This document shows, piece after piece, positions 12,201-23,677 of a stretch of DNA of 64,000 bases (position 1 is its first letter; every line of letters starts with the position of its first letter). The notes beneath the pieces are model-generated. The model was not told the origin of the DNA. It made no database searches and saw nothing but the letters and a program-made list of their open reading frames with translations. The DNA is from Moniliella sp. 'wahieum' (taxonomy: Eukaryota), in the NCBI GenBank assembly GCA_003971905.1, contig RSEE01000016.1, positions 248,001 through 312,000 on the forward strand, in the 5' to 3' direction. The position numbers and the translations under genes are program-made.

Positions 12201-15200
12201 GAGGAGAAGCCTGCTGCTCCCAAGGAGGAGGTCAAGGTTGAGGCTGCCCCCGCTGCTCCCCAGGAGGAGGCCAAGGTTGAGGCTGTCCCCGCTGCTCCCA
12301 AGGAGGTGGCCAAGCTCGAGGAGAAGGCCGCTGCCCCCAAGGACGAGGCCAAGGTTGAGGCTGCCACCGCTGCTCCCAAGGAGGTGAAGGCCGAGGAGAA
12401 GCCTGCTGCTCCCAGGGACGAGGCCAAGGTTGAGGCTGCCCCCGCTGCGCCCCAAGGAGGTGAGGCCGAGGAGAAGCCTGCTGCCCCCAAGGAGGTGGTC
12501 ACGGTTGAGGCTGTCCCCGCTGCACCAAGGAGGAGGCCACGCTCGAGGAGAAGGCCGCTGCCCCCAAGGATGAGGCCATGATTGAGGCTGCCCCCTGCGC
12601 CCAAGGAGGTGAAGGCCGAGGAGAAGCCTGCTGCTCCCAAGGACGAGGTCAAGGTTGAGGCTGTCCCCGCTGCTCCCAAGGAGGTGAAGGCCGAGGAGAA
12701 GCCTGCTGCTCCCAAGGAGGAGGTCAAGGTTGAGGCTGCCCCCGCTGCTCCCCAGGAGGAGGCCAAGGTTGAGGCTGTCCCCGCTGCTCCCAAGGAGGTG
12801 GCCAAGCTCGAGGAGAAGGCCGCTGCCCCCAAGGACGAGGCCAAGGTTGAGGCTGCCACCGCTGCTCCCAAGGAGGTGAAGGCCGAGGAGAAGCCTGCTG
12901 CTCCCAGGGACGAGGCCAAGGTTGAGGCTGCCCCCGCTGCGCCAAGGAGGTGAAGGCCGAGGAGAAGCCTGCTGCCCCCAAGGAGGTGGTCACGGTTGAG
13001 GCTGTCCCCGCTGCACCCAAGGAGGAGGCCACGCTCGAGGAGAAGGCCGCTGCCCCCAAGGATGAGGCCATGATTGAGGCTGCCCCCGCTGCGCCCAAGG
13101 AGGTGAAGGCCGAGGAGAAGCCTGCTGCTCCCAAGGAGGAGGTCAAGGTTGAGGCTGCCCCCGCTGCTCCCAGGAGGAGGCCAAGGTTGAGGCTGTCCCC
13201 GCTGCTCCCAAGGAGGTGGCCAAGCTCGAGGAGAAGGCCGCTGCTCCCAAGGACGAGGCCAAGGTTGAGGCTGCCACCGCTGCTCCCAAGGAGGTGAAGG
13301 CCGAGGAGAAGCCTGCTGCTCCCAGGGACGAGGCCAAGGTTGAGGCTGCCCCCGCTGCGCCCAAGGAGGTGAAGGCCGAGGAGAAGCCTGCTGCCCCCAA
13401 GGAGGTGGTCACGGTTGAGGCTGTCCCGCTGCACCCAAGGAGGAGGCCACGCTCGAGGAGAAGGCCGCTGCCCCCAAGGATGAGGCCATGATTGAGGCTG
13501 CCCCCGCTGCGCCCAAGGAGGTGAAGGCCGAGGAGAAGCCTGCTGCCCCCAAGGAGGAGGTCAAGGTTGAGGCTGCCCCCGCTGCTCCCCAGGAGGAGGC
13601 CAAGGTTGAGGCTGTCCCCGCTGCTCCCAAGGAGGTGGCCAAGCTCGAGGAGAAGGCCGCTGCCCAAGGACGAGGCCAAGGTTGAGGCTGCCCCCGCTGC
13701 CCCCAAGGAGGAGGTCAAGGTCGAAGCTGCACCCGCTGCCCCCAAGGAGGTGAAGGCCGAGGAGAAGCCTGCTGCTCCCAAGGAGGAGGTCAAGGTTGAG
13801 GCTGCCCCCGCTGCTCCCCAGGAGGAGGCCAAGGTTGAGGCTGTCCCGCTGCTCCCAAGGAGGTGGCCAAGCTCGAGGAGAAGGCCGCTGCCCCCAAGGA
13901 CGAGGCCAAGGTTGAGGCTGCCACCGCTGCTCCCAAGGAGGTGAAGGCCGAGGAGAAGCCTGCTGCTCCCAGGGACGAGGCCAAGGTTGAGGCTGCCCCC
14001 GCTGCGCCCAAGGAGGTGAAGGCCGAGGAGAAGCCTGCTGCCCCCAAGGAGGTGGTCACGGTTGAGGCTGTCCCCGCTGCACCCAAGGAGGAGGCCACGC
14101 TCGAGGAGAAGGCCGCTGCCCCCAAGGATGAGGCCATGATTGAGGCTGCCCCCGCTGCGCCCAAGGAGGTGAAGGCCGAGGAGAAGCCTGCTGCTCCCAA
14201 GGACGAGGTCAAGGTTGAGGCTGTCCCCGCTGCTCCCAAGGAGGTGAAGGCCGAGGAGAGCCTGCTCCCAAGGAGGAGGTCAAGGTTGAGGCTGCCCCGC
14301 TGCTCCCCAGGAGGAGGCCAAGGTTGAGGCTGTCCCGCTGCCCAAGGAGGTGGCCAAGCTCGAGGAGAAGGCCGCTGCCCCAAGGACGAGGCCAAGGTTG
14401 AGGCTGCCACCGCTGCTCCCAAGGAGGTGAAGGCCGAGGAGAAGCCTGCTGCTCCCAGGGACGAGGCCAAGGTTGAGGCTGCCCCGCTGCGCCCAAGGAG
14501 GTGAAGGCCGAGGAGAAGCCTGCTGCCCCAAGGAGGTGGTCACGGTTGAGGCTGTCCCCGCTGCACCCAAGGAGGAGGCCACGCTCGAGGAGAAGGCCGC
14601 TGCCCCAAGGATGAGGCCATGATTGAGGCTGCCCCCGCTGCGCCCAAGGAGGTGAAGGCCGAGGAGAAGCCTGCTGCTCCCAAGGAGGAGGTCAAGGTTG
14701 AGGCTGCCCCCGCTGCTCCCCAGGAGGAGGCCAAGGTTGAGGCTGTCCCCGCTGCTCCCAAGGAGGTGGCCAAGCTCGAGGAGAAGGCCGCTGCTCCCAA
14801 GGACGAGGCCAAGGTTGAGGCTGCCACCGCTGCTCCCAAGGAGGTGAAGGCCGAGGAGAAGCCTGCTGCTCCCAGGGACGAGGCCAAGGTTGAGGCTGCC
14901 CCCGCTGCGCCCAAGGAGGTGAAGGCCGAGGAGAAGCCTGCTGCCCCCAAGGAGGTGGTCACGGTTGAGGCTGTCCCCGCTGCACCCAAGGAGGAGGCCA
15001 CGCTCGAGGAGAAGGGCTGCCCCCAAGGATGAGGCCATGATTGAGGCTGCCCCCGCTGCGCCCAAGGAGGAGGCCACGCTCGAGGAGAAGGCCGCTGCCC
15101 CCAAGGATGAGGCCATGATTGAGGCTGCCCCCGCGCCCAAGGAGGTGAAGGCCGAGGAGAAGCCTGCTGCTCCCAAGGACGAGGTCAAGGTTGAGGCTGT

Positions 15201-16353
15201 CCCCGCTGCTCCCAAGGAGGTGAAGGCCGAGGAGAAGCCTGCTGCTCCCAAGGAGGAGGTCAAGGTTGAGGCTGCCCCCGCTGCTCCCAGGAGGAGGCCA
15301 AGGTTGAGGCTGTCCCCGCTGCTCCCAAGGAGGTGGCCAAGCTCGAGGAGAAGGCCGCTGCCCCCAAGGACGAGGCCATGATTGAGGCTGCCCCCGCTGC
15401 GCCCAAGGAGGTGAAGGCCGAGGAGAAGCCTGCTGCTCCCAAGGACGAGGTCAAGGTTGAGGCTGTCCCCGCTGCTCCCAAGGAGGTGAAGGCCGAGGAG
15501 AAGCCTGCTGCTCCCAAGGAGGAGGTCAAGGTTGAGGCTGTCCCCGCTGCTCCCAAGGAGGAGGTCAAGGTCGAGGAGAAGGCCGCTGCCCCCAAGGAGG
15601 TGAAGGCCGAGGAGAAGGCCGCTGCCCCAAGGAGGTGAAGGCCGAGGAGACGGCCGCTGCCCCCAAGGATGAGGCCAAGGTGGAGGCTCCCCGCTGCTCC
15701 CAAGCCGGTGAAGGCCGAGGAGAAGCCTGCTGCTCCAAGGAGGAGGTCAAGGTTGAGGCTGCCCCCGCTGCGCCCAAGGAGGTGAAGGCCGAGGAGAAGC
15801 CTGCTGCTCCCAAGGAGGAGGTCACGGTAGAGGAGAGGCCGCTGCCCCCAACGACGATGCCAAGCTTGCGGATAAGCCGGCTGCTCTGCAGCAGGTTAAG
15901 CAGGAGGACTCTCAGCCGGTTCGTTTGCTCGCCCCACTTCTTGCGGCCATAACTTCTCTGACCCTCCTCATTTTCTTCGTTCTTTCGGATTTGTTCCCTG
16001 GTCCGCTGCTTGTTCCCTTTTAGTATGGTTTATGTCCACTCAACAGTCGATGGAGTTGTCCCTGATGTTTCCAAGCCCTCTCCTTCTCTTTCCGATAGGT
16101 CTGCACGCGACCAGTCGGCCTCGCCTGTGGGCTCGTTCTCCTCGGTCTGGGCCGTGATCCCGCCCGCCAAGGACATTGATGCCAGCTCGACTGACACGCT
16201 GCACGAGGAGCCCGCTTTGGTCAAGCCCGAGCCCCTTGGCGCCCAGCATACTGATACGAAAACCAAGGTCAGCCATGATGTGATGATTGTTTCAAGCGCT
16301 CAAACCCACATGCGCCAATGGATTTTTATCTTCAGACCAAGTACCAGCACTGA
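3203..16353 (+). CDS. Giant coiled-coil plus Ala/Pro/Lys/Glu/Val tandem-repeat protein (about 4,300 aa, reconstructed across frameshifts)
   Basis: ATG at 3203 (MSAPVKHAPEPD). S/T/P/R-rich head to about 3840, then E/K/A/Q/L coiled-coil-like ORF pieces to about 6370. Introns 6055-6112 (GTATGT..ACTAAC..CAG) and 6421-6518 (GTGAGT..CTGAC..CAG). Repeat to about 15850. Probable introns about 15919-16047 and 16268-16335, then TKYQH-stop at 16351-16353. Confidence 0.75.
6710..15860 (+). repeat. Coding minisatellite of 39-bp (EEVKVEAAPAAPK type) and 36-bp (EVKAEEKPAAPK type) units, roughly 240 units
   Basis: Directly visible: gaggaggtcaaggttgaggctgcccccgctgctcccaag and gaggtgaaggccgaggagaagcctgctgctcccaag and variants repeated over about 9.1 kb. 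Unit count estimated as length divided by about 38. Confidence 0.98.
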
Positions 16354-19300
16354 TCCATATTGATTTTCTCGTAGTAAAACGGCTGTTAAACGCAACCAGC
16401 TGTAAATGCGTAGAAGAACATAGGCTCCCATGCGAAATGATTATAATGAACGGTTGAACTTCAACCTTGAACCCTTGCCTCTTGGCCAATCTATTAGCGT
16501 AGCAGATCGCTACTATATTGCACACGTTCCAACCCAGGATAGTAGGAGCTGAAGGATTGACGGTGATACAGGCCGGCCTGTTCTGGTTCCTTCGTGCATC
16601 GATCCATAGCATCGTGGTCCGTTTGATTAAAATGATTTGTGCTTACTCGTGTTGCGAATCCATATTCATAGAAGGAGACCAAAAATGGAATCGGGTCTTT
16701 ATAGACCCTCTCTTTTTTGCCTCTCCCGCCAACATTCGCTTCCAAACTGAATGATCCACAAGTGTATACGCACGAGCGCATCGGAAATAGAACGATGGGC
16801 CATGCTGGCATAGTATTATCTGCGCGTCGTCACAAATAAACCAAGAGGATGACGAATGGCTCTATTGAGTGCGTCCCTGCTGTCATTTGTTGGCATTCTT
16901 GTCCAATTGCGGTTACTGCAAAACAGTGAAAACAACTCTCCTTTTCTCCCGAACGGCATTCGCACGCTTCCCGGTTTTTTCTCGTGTTGAGAGCCACCGC
17001 CCTCCGGTACGTAACCATGCTCTTCATCTTTCCCGAGAGAGCTCCTGCAGGTGTGGTTTACCTCCATTCTACTCCTTCCAACGCGCCCAGGAGTAGTCCC
17101 ATTATGCCGTAGTCCGTTCGTCTGCCTTCTGCCCACACCGCAGCTATCATAACATCATCGTCCCAGAAGAGCGTACGAGCTGGAGGATTCTAGCGCCCAA
17201 CAGCCTCATGCAAAGCGCGCTAAACTTGGATTGAGTGTATGCTGGTGCAATAAACAAAACTCAAGAAATAACAGTACTGGCTCATGAGCACGTTAAAGTA
17301 ATCAGTCTTCGTCAGTCCCTACTACCTAAGGGGTTCTCGTTCCCCCGGACCAGCCGACACCCCATTATACAGAAGAAAGCATCACTCTTTTGGCCAGCAC
17401 ATCGCTCACCCCCTTCAATAACTGAATTATTATATGGAACGAAGCAAGTGGCAAAGTTTGGTTTGTAGGTATAGCTGAGAGTAAAATACCGTCATATGCA
17501 TCCCTTTCGAATTGAAGGGTAATTGGTAATCATTCTATCACAATTGAACTTGGACATATGCCTTCCTGCCTTATTGCCTCTCGCTCATGGTCCCGAAGAG
17601 CCACGACAGGCGACAGTCCTCATTTCCCATGCAAACGGACCCGCAGGACGTGGTTGCTGGTTGGGCCACACAGTGTTCGGTCAGTGGGTTTTGCCCCAAC
17701 CACACAGAGTTTTATATTTTAGCACAGGATCGCTGTGAACACGACGTTTACGCCTTATTTGTATACCCACACCCTGAGAAAGTAACTCTCTCTGTAGTGA
17801 ACTTGTCCACATGTCTATGGAGATGAGGAGATGCACTCAAAGCAGGCGGGGTCTCCCCTACACCGAGACTCCCTGAAATAGATCGATGAGACCTCAGACT
17901 GAAGCAGGCCTGAAGCCTGAAAAGGGCCTGAGATCACTGACCTCTGTGTGAGAACAAACTCGATGAGGCACCACCCCCAGTTTCTTTCGAACTCCCAATG
18001 TCATCCGCAGCGCGTATATAAGGCGTAAGGCCTAAGGTCCAAGGCTGCTTTTGCTATTCACTGTTCCACAATGCAGCAGTCACATATACCCCTGTCTGGC
18101 GGCTGCGGCGTCGTGGAGGGCGATGGATACATAATGCAGGAACACAGGGGCCGAAAACGGCAAGGTAGTGGAAGGATGCAGTGCGGGCTCAACGTATAGT
18201 TAAAGCGAATAACGGGGGTTTTATATGCGGTGTGCATGTGCATATGTGAAGCTTGATAAAGTGAGTGATGCAGTGACTTAGAGATGGTCGATGGTGGATG
18301 TGCCGGAGGGCTGGGCGTGGTAGAGGATGGAGGGGCCGCGGAGGCTGTGTGAGATGTATAAGGGGGACTCAGGTGTCGGTACCTGTCGGTACCTGTCCGT
18401 GTACTCAGTGTCGGACTTATGAGGGTTAGCGCTCAGGGTGACGGTGATGCTGGTGATGGGCGGTAGCCGGTGCCAGGCGGTAGCCTCGGGTTGATATATG
18501 ATAGGGTGTCCGTGGGACGAAGCCGCTGGGTTCCAGAACCCTCCGCAGTGGGCCTGATATATGATAGGGCTTGATGTATATGAGGACTTGACGCGTCCGA
18601 ACGGGCCGGCTGCCGAGACATGGGTGCGGCACATGGGAGGCGCAGGCCAAGTCCACCGTGTGGAGCTGGCAGAAGCGGAGCCAGTGGAACCCACGCACCT
18701 GTCGAGTGTAAGCGCCTGATGATCGATGACCTGCGATGCATGATGCACGTGATGATCGATATACGATGCGCCCATCTTCGTCCGACGTGCGCGTGTTGCG
18801 GGATGAGTGTGATGCATGATGTATGACGCATGCAGCCAATCGATCATCATGCATCATGCATCATGCACCATGGATGCAGGGGCCAGGGGTGCACAGGTGC
18901 CCCCGTGGCCTGTGAGACATGTGACAAGTCGGAATCGAGGTGGGGTGCTACGCGCGAAAAATGCATAATGCATCCAACGCCCAACAGCCATCCAATATCC
19001 ACCCGCCATTCTCGGCCGGCCGCACCAGCATCGACGAACTGAGTGATTATAATCACAGTGAATACTGCATTGCTGATCGAAATGCCCCCCCCTTCTCTGT
19101 CTGCGTCGCACATACCAGCCGCCTGTCTTCGTGACCTTCTTTGGCCCCACGCCCTTTGGCCATCGCGCGCGCTTCCACCCATGGGCCTCCCCTTGCCTAG
19201 CTGGGCCACCGCTCCAGCCTCCGCCCATTTTGGAAGAGGCGGGATGCTCCTTCGCCCCCATCCGCTTCCGCCACAGACCCCACCATCCCTGCCGCCATCC

Positions 19301-19358
19301 CTCCCACTCCTCCGCCCCGCCTCCATCCTAGTCTGCCCCCCCCTCCAGCGATACAGCG

Positions 19359-22300
19359 ATGGCTAGGACGCAAGGCCCCGCGTCCGGACCCCTCATCAGA
19401 CTACTCGTGCCTTTCAGAACCGCTGCAGCTATCGCCGTCGCCAGCAGAAGATGATAGGAAGAAGCGCCATTCCTTGTCTCTTTTCCGCCGCTCCTCCCGC
19501 TCTCGCCACTCCTTTTCCCGCCGTTTCTCTCTGGGCCACACCCTGCCGGACAACAATCCTCAACCATGCCTGGATGACAAGCTCGAGAACGGGCCATCGC
19601 TGGAGGTTCAACTACCGCCTGATATTCTCACAGCGAATGGACTTGTGTCCCATGCACTGCCTCCCTGCCCCAGTCCCAGCGTCGGTGGCAGCGCAGACGT
19701 TAGTGGTAGCGGAAGCGCTAGTGGCAGCGTCAGTGGCAGCTCTGTGTTGGGATCAGTTTCGCCCCCTTCCTCAGATGGGGAGTTTCAATGTTCTCCCCCG
19801 GCCCTCTTCCTTACGTGGTGTACGCCCTCTCTGTCTTCTGACCAATCGTTGGATCCCCATCCGCCGGCAAGTCAGCTGCCTCAAGATTTCCCACCGCTGC
19901 ACCGTCAGCTGGGGACATGCCACACGTGTCTCCCTCACAAACCCTTCCCACCACTGAGGGAATCGAACCCTTTCCTCGCTCTGGGACTGCACGGCGGCCC
20001 TTGCCCCTCGCGTCTGCTAGGGCTAGGCGCCCCTCACGACCTCACGCCCCGATACCTTCCGCGTGGAATTGCCCTAGTGTGTTGGCCAATGGCCCTCTTG
20101 CAGCCCCGCCCCCGCACACTCCAAACAAGTCCACCCCATTACCCTCGCCAAGGCCAGCTTCCAAGGTGGTGGGGCAGGCGGGGGTTCCAACATGGATACC
20201 GCCCAGTTCTTCCAACAACGTTTTTGCCTTTAACACTAAGCCCACCAAGGATAATTCCCTACCGGCAATGGCGTGGTGTGTCATGGAATCAGCCTTGGGA
20301 AAGTTCCGCCAAGCCACCCCGCGGAAAGAAGCAGGAAAGCCCACATTTGAGCGCATAAAATCCTCCGTATGATCCTCGAGCCCTTTCTGGCAATGGAACA
20401 TGTCGCCCTCTTGTTCGCCCGGATTCAATCGCCTCCGCCTCTGCTCCGGTTAGTGCCGCAGGAAGTACAAGCGACCTTAGTTCCACCTCCTTCTCTCCCA
20501 CTCAGTCGGCTGTCACGCTCGCCCTTGACACCTACGCCCCGCTGCTGCCGCTGCCTCCCGTTTCGCCCGCGTGTAAGCCTGATGTACACTGGACGGGTTC
20601 CGTCGATTCAGCGATGGCAACAAGCGCCGCGAACTCATTCTGACTTGGATAAACGAGCTTATGGTTGCTATTCAGACGGCCAGCGCCCCGCCGACCGGAT
20701 CGCCATGCTCGACAACATTTGTCTCCTTCTCGAAGCGCGCAATTTGAGTAGCATGGCCCTGGATGCAGATGGGAAGTCTGGTTCTTTGACACACTCTATA
20801 CATGTCTTGAATACGCCATTCACGAAATTAACAAAAAAGGCGTTTACCACAGCAACCTCCTCTTTGCTGGTCGACTGCTTGCCTTGGCCATGATCGCATC
20901 CTCTGCGTAGCAGAAAAACTGCTGATTAACCTTCCCATCACACGTCCGGTGCTTCAGCGCATGGCCAAGGAAGCTCAATGGGACCGCATCCGCCCACGCG
21001 GGAAGAATGGCACGTGTTTCTCACTCATTTTCCACCTACCTTCGGGCCTTTTGTTTCGACGATGCCGGCCTCTATCTGTCACGTGTGCGCGCCTACGTCC
21101 TCCGCGCAACCCCGACACAGAGTCTTCCCAATCGCAACAGGCGTACTTGGTGTTTGACAGGGGTAGGGGCAGGGGAATTGCCATGAAGGGAAATTGGCTC
21201 ACTCGGTTCCAGTCAGACGACTCGGAACTCATTTTCTCTTCTCCGCAACTTCCATCGCAACCTCGAACGTCTTGTTCATACCCACCTTCCCTGGGGCTCG
21301 CACCTCTTCTTTGGAGCACCGGGCATGGCACATATCGCAGCGCTGATCCAGGCCAAGTGCCTCGCTCTCGTCCATCGGTCCCTTACCTCGGTCACTACGC
21401 AGCATCCAGTTTCCTTCAATTTGTATGTCACTTCTTTTTTTGACAGTGTGAATAACGACTGACGTACGCGTTAGCAACCCGGGTGATACAGCAAACGTCC
21501 TATTGGGTAGCACAACGGGTAAACCAAAGGAGCTTGAGGCAGCGACACGCAGGTGTGTAGCCGCAGTATTGGACACTTCAACCTTTGGTGATCCTGCCAG
21601 CAATACATTGCGCACCCATATTTTCCTTCCCTTCATTCAATGGCACCTCGCCGCCTTGGTCCGTGGCACTTCCCTCTATGATGTGCAAGGCTTTTGTTGT
21701 TTGACTGGGCAGACGCGCTGTTGGAAAGCATGATGGGGCCCTCGCTTCAGCCGGCGGAAGTGCTGGATCTTTCATTTGTCATCGACATTTGCCGGCGCAT
21801 CCTCCAAGAGACCGACCATACCGTCACTATCATCCGCACTCTATCATTCCTCTACTGTCATTTTGGTCTCTTGGTCGCCACACCGGGCTTACTTGAAGAC
21901 CTTGCCACTCTCACCCTTCTTCGCCCTGATATCTTTTACAAACTCTTCCTTTCCTGGTCTCCGACCATCCGTGCTTACTTTCTGCATACCATTGTTTTTC
22001 GCTTTGGCCATCTCACCGAGTTCCCCCTCCAGGACACGAACGGGAGAGAAGTGTTAAATTATACTCTTCTCCTGCACCACCGCCTGCAGGACGCTCGCGA
22101 CCGGTACCTCTACCTGGCCGCCTTAACCCCAACGGGAGCCGGAAGAAACACTGCCACCGCTGAGGTGCGGACGCTATGCCCCCCAGCCTACCAACCCCCT
22201 GCCCGCATCACATCTCCCGCCAAGACTGAGGATAGGGCGATGGCGTCCACGAAGCAGGGCCTCAATTGGGCGCGTTTCAAGCTGCGTACTGGTAGTACAC

Positions 22301-22845
22301 CCGCTGCGCCTCGCACGCTCAGTGCACGACCCTCTACCCCCCGTGCTGGATCCGAGACATTGCATGCACAAGAGCATCTTGCTTCCAACGCGTTTGACCT
22401 TCAGGCCGCTACGTTATCGTCCATGCATCCGGCCAGCTTGCCTTTCCTCCACCGCCCCACCCTTGTGTCTGGGCCCGCAGGACATGCCTCATCGCGCTCT
22501 TAGAAACTAGTCCCGTACTTCCAGCACGGGGAAAGTACGAGTACCCCCAGTCACTTCAGCCGTACGCTAGCATGTGTCTGCGCGAGTTGGAGGCGACGAT
22601 TGCTGTACGTCTCGGTCCTTATTACACATGACCTCCCTCCAGCTGATGAGAAGAAGTTGGAATTTTTTGTTGTCGGAGGTTGTCAGAGAGTTCCGCATGC
22701 TGACCTTCTGCTGTGTTGATATGGGGTATAGGAGCACGACAACCTTTTTGCCTCGCACCCGTTGGAACAACAGACTGAGGTGCCCAACCTCATTGTCGCT
22801 TGGCCTGCCGTGTGGGGTGAAGCTTCCGGAATGATTTCTGGCTAG
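19359..22845 (+). CDS. DUF1765 / UPF0592-like protein (yeast YDL073W-like family), multi-exon, frameshifted
   Basis: Segment FDWADALL...LDLSFVIDICRRIL..DHTVTIIRTLSFLY...FYKLFLSWSPTIRAYFLHTIVFR resembles DUF1765. S/P-rich N-terminus, several introns, C-terminal YASMCLRE...VPNLIVAWP. Confidence 0.7.
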
Positions 22846-23677
22846 TACGACCTCCACCATGTCTCGTGCACCTACCCACTTCCTACGGACAAAGAAGGGA
22901 GAGAGGCTCCCGCCTCTCATTGTTCCACTTGTTCTTTTTTTGGCATATCGACTCAAATGCTTCTTGCCCGTTCAGTGTGCCCATCATGTTTCACGACCCC
23001 GAAAGGAGACCCAGTGACGACCTTTTGTTTTCGTCGAGCCACAACCCCCCCCCCCCCATTCTTGTACGCATACCGTTTTGCTCACTTCGTTTTGCCCTCC
23101 CTCCAGCCATGCTGCATGCCCCCCTTTGGTCTCTTTTCGAGACATGCTTTGTATCTATTCCTCCGTTCTTCCGATCTTCGTCTCCTCATATCCGTAAACA
23201 TACATCAATGTCCTCCTACAACTTTATAGGCAGTCGGGCAAGTACGGCAAAGGAGATCGACGGGGGCCTGGCCAGTCAGCCTCCATGCCTCGTCTAGAAA
23301 AAGCTTGTGGAAAGGTGCCAGACCATGATTATTGGAAGTGGAAAAGGAATACTCAGGAACACTGCGAGAGGGCGTACCAGCCAGAAAGAGCGATGAGCGG
23401 TAAGCCAAGAAGCAGAAGTACAGGAAAACAAAAAGAGTTGAGTCGGATCCTCGGGCGCAGTGGTACTTTTGAATAGACCCAAGAGTCAACCAGTACCACG
23501 CGGGCCCATACGACGGAACGATTCACGGAGAGATGTGGATGTATACACAAGAACGCGAGTGGGACAACAGCAAAAAGAGACCCAGTGCAGGGTTAAGTGT
23601 ATCAGAATGGGTAAAGGGGAAGCGAGTCCAAGAAAATGTTGGCTCAGCCAAGACAGAGCAGATCGGCCACGCCTCGA

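Noticed and set aside
6710..15860. CRISPR array or non-coding satellite
   Set aside because: No unique spacers; unit lengths are multiples of 3, variation looks codon-constrained, and the array is in frame with an upstream exon of a eukaryotic gene.
18058..18132. Micro-ORF MYPSPSTTPQPPDRGICDCCIVEQ downstream of a TATA, as a lipopeptide pheromone precursor
   Set aside because: Ends CIVEQ, not a terminal CaaX; no STE3 receptor or other MAT genes nearby.
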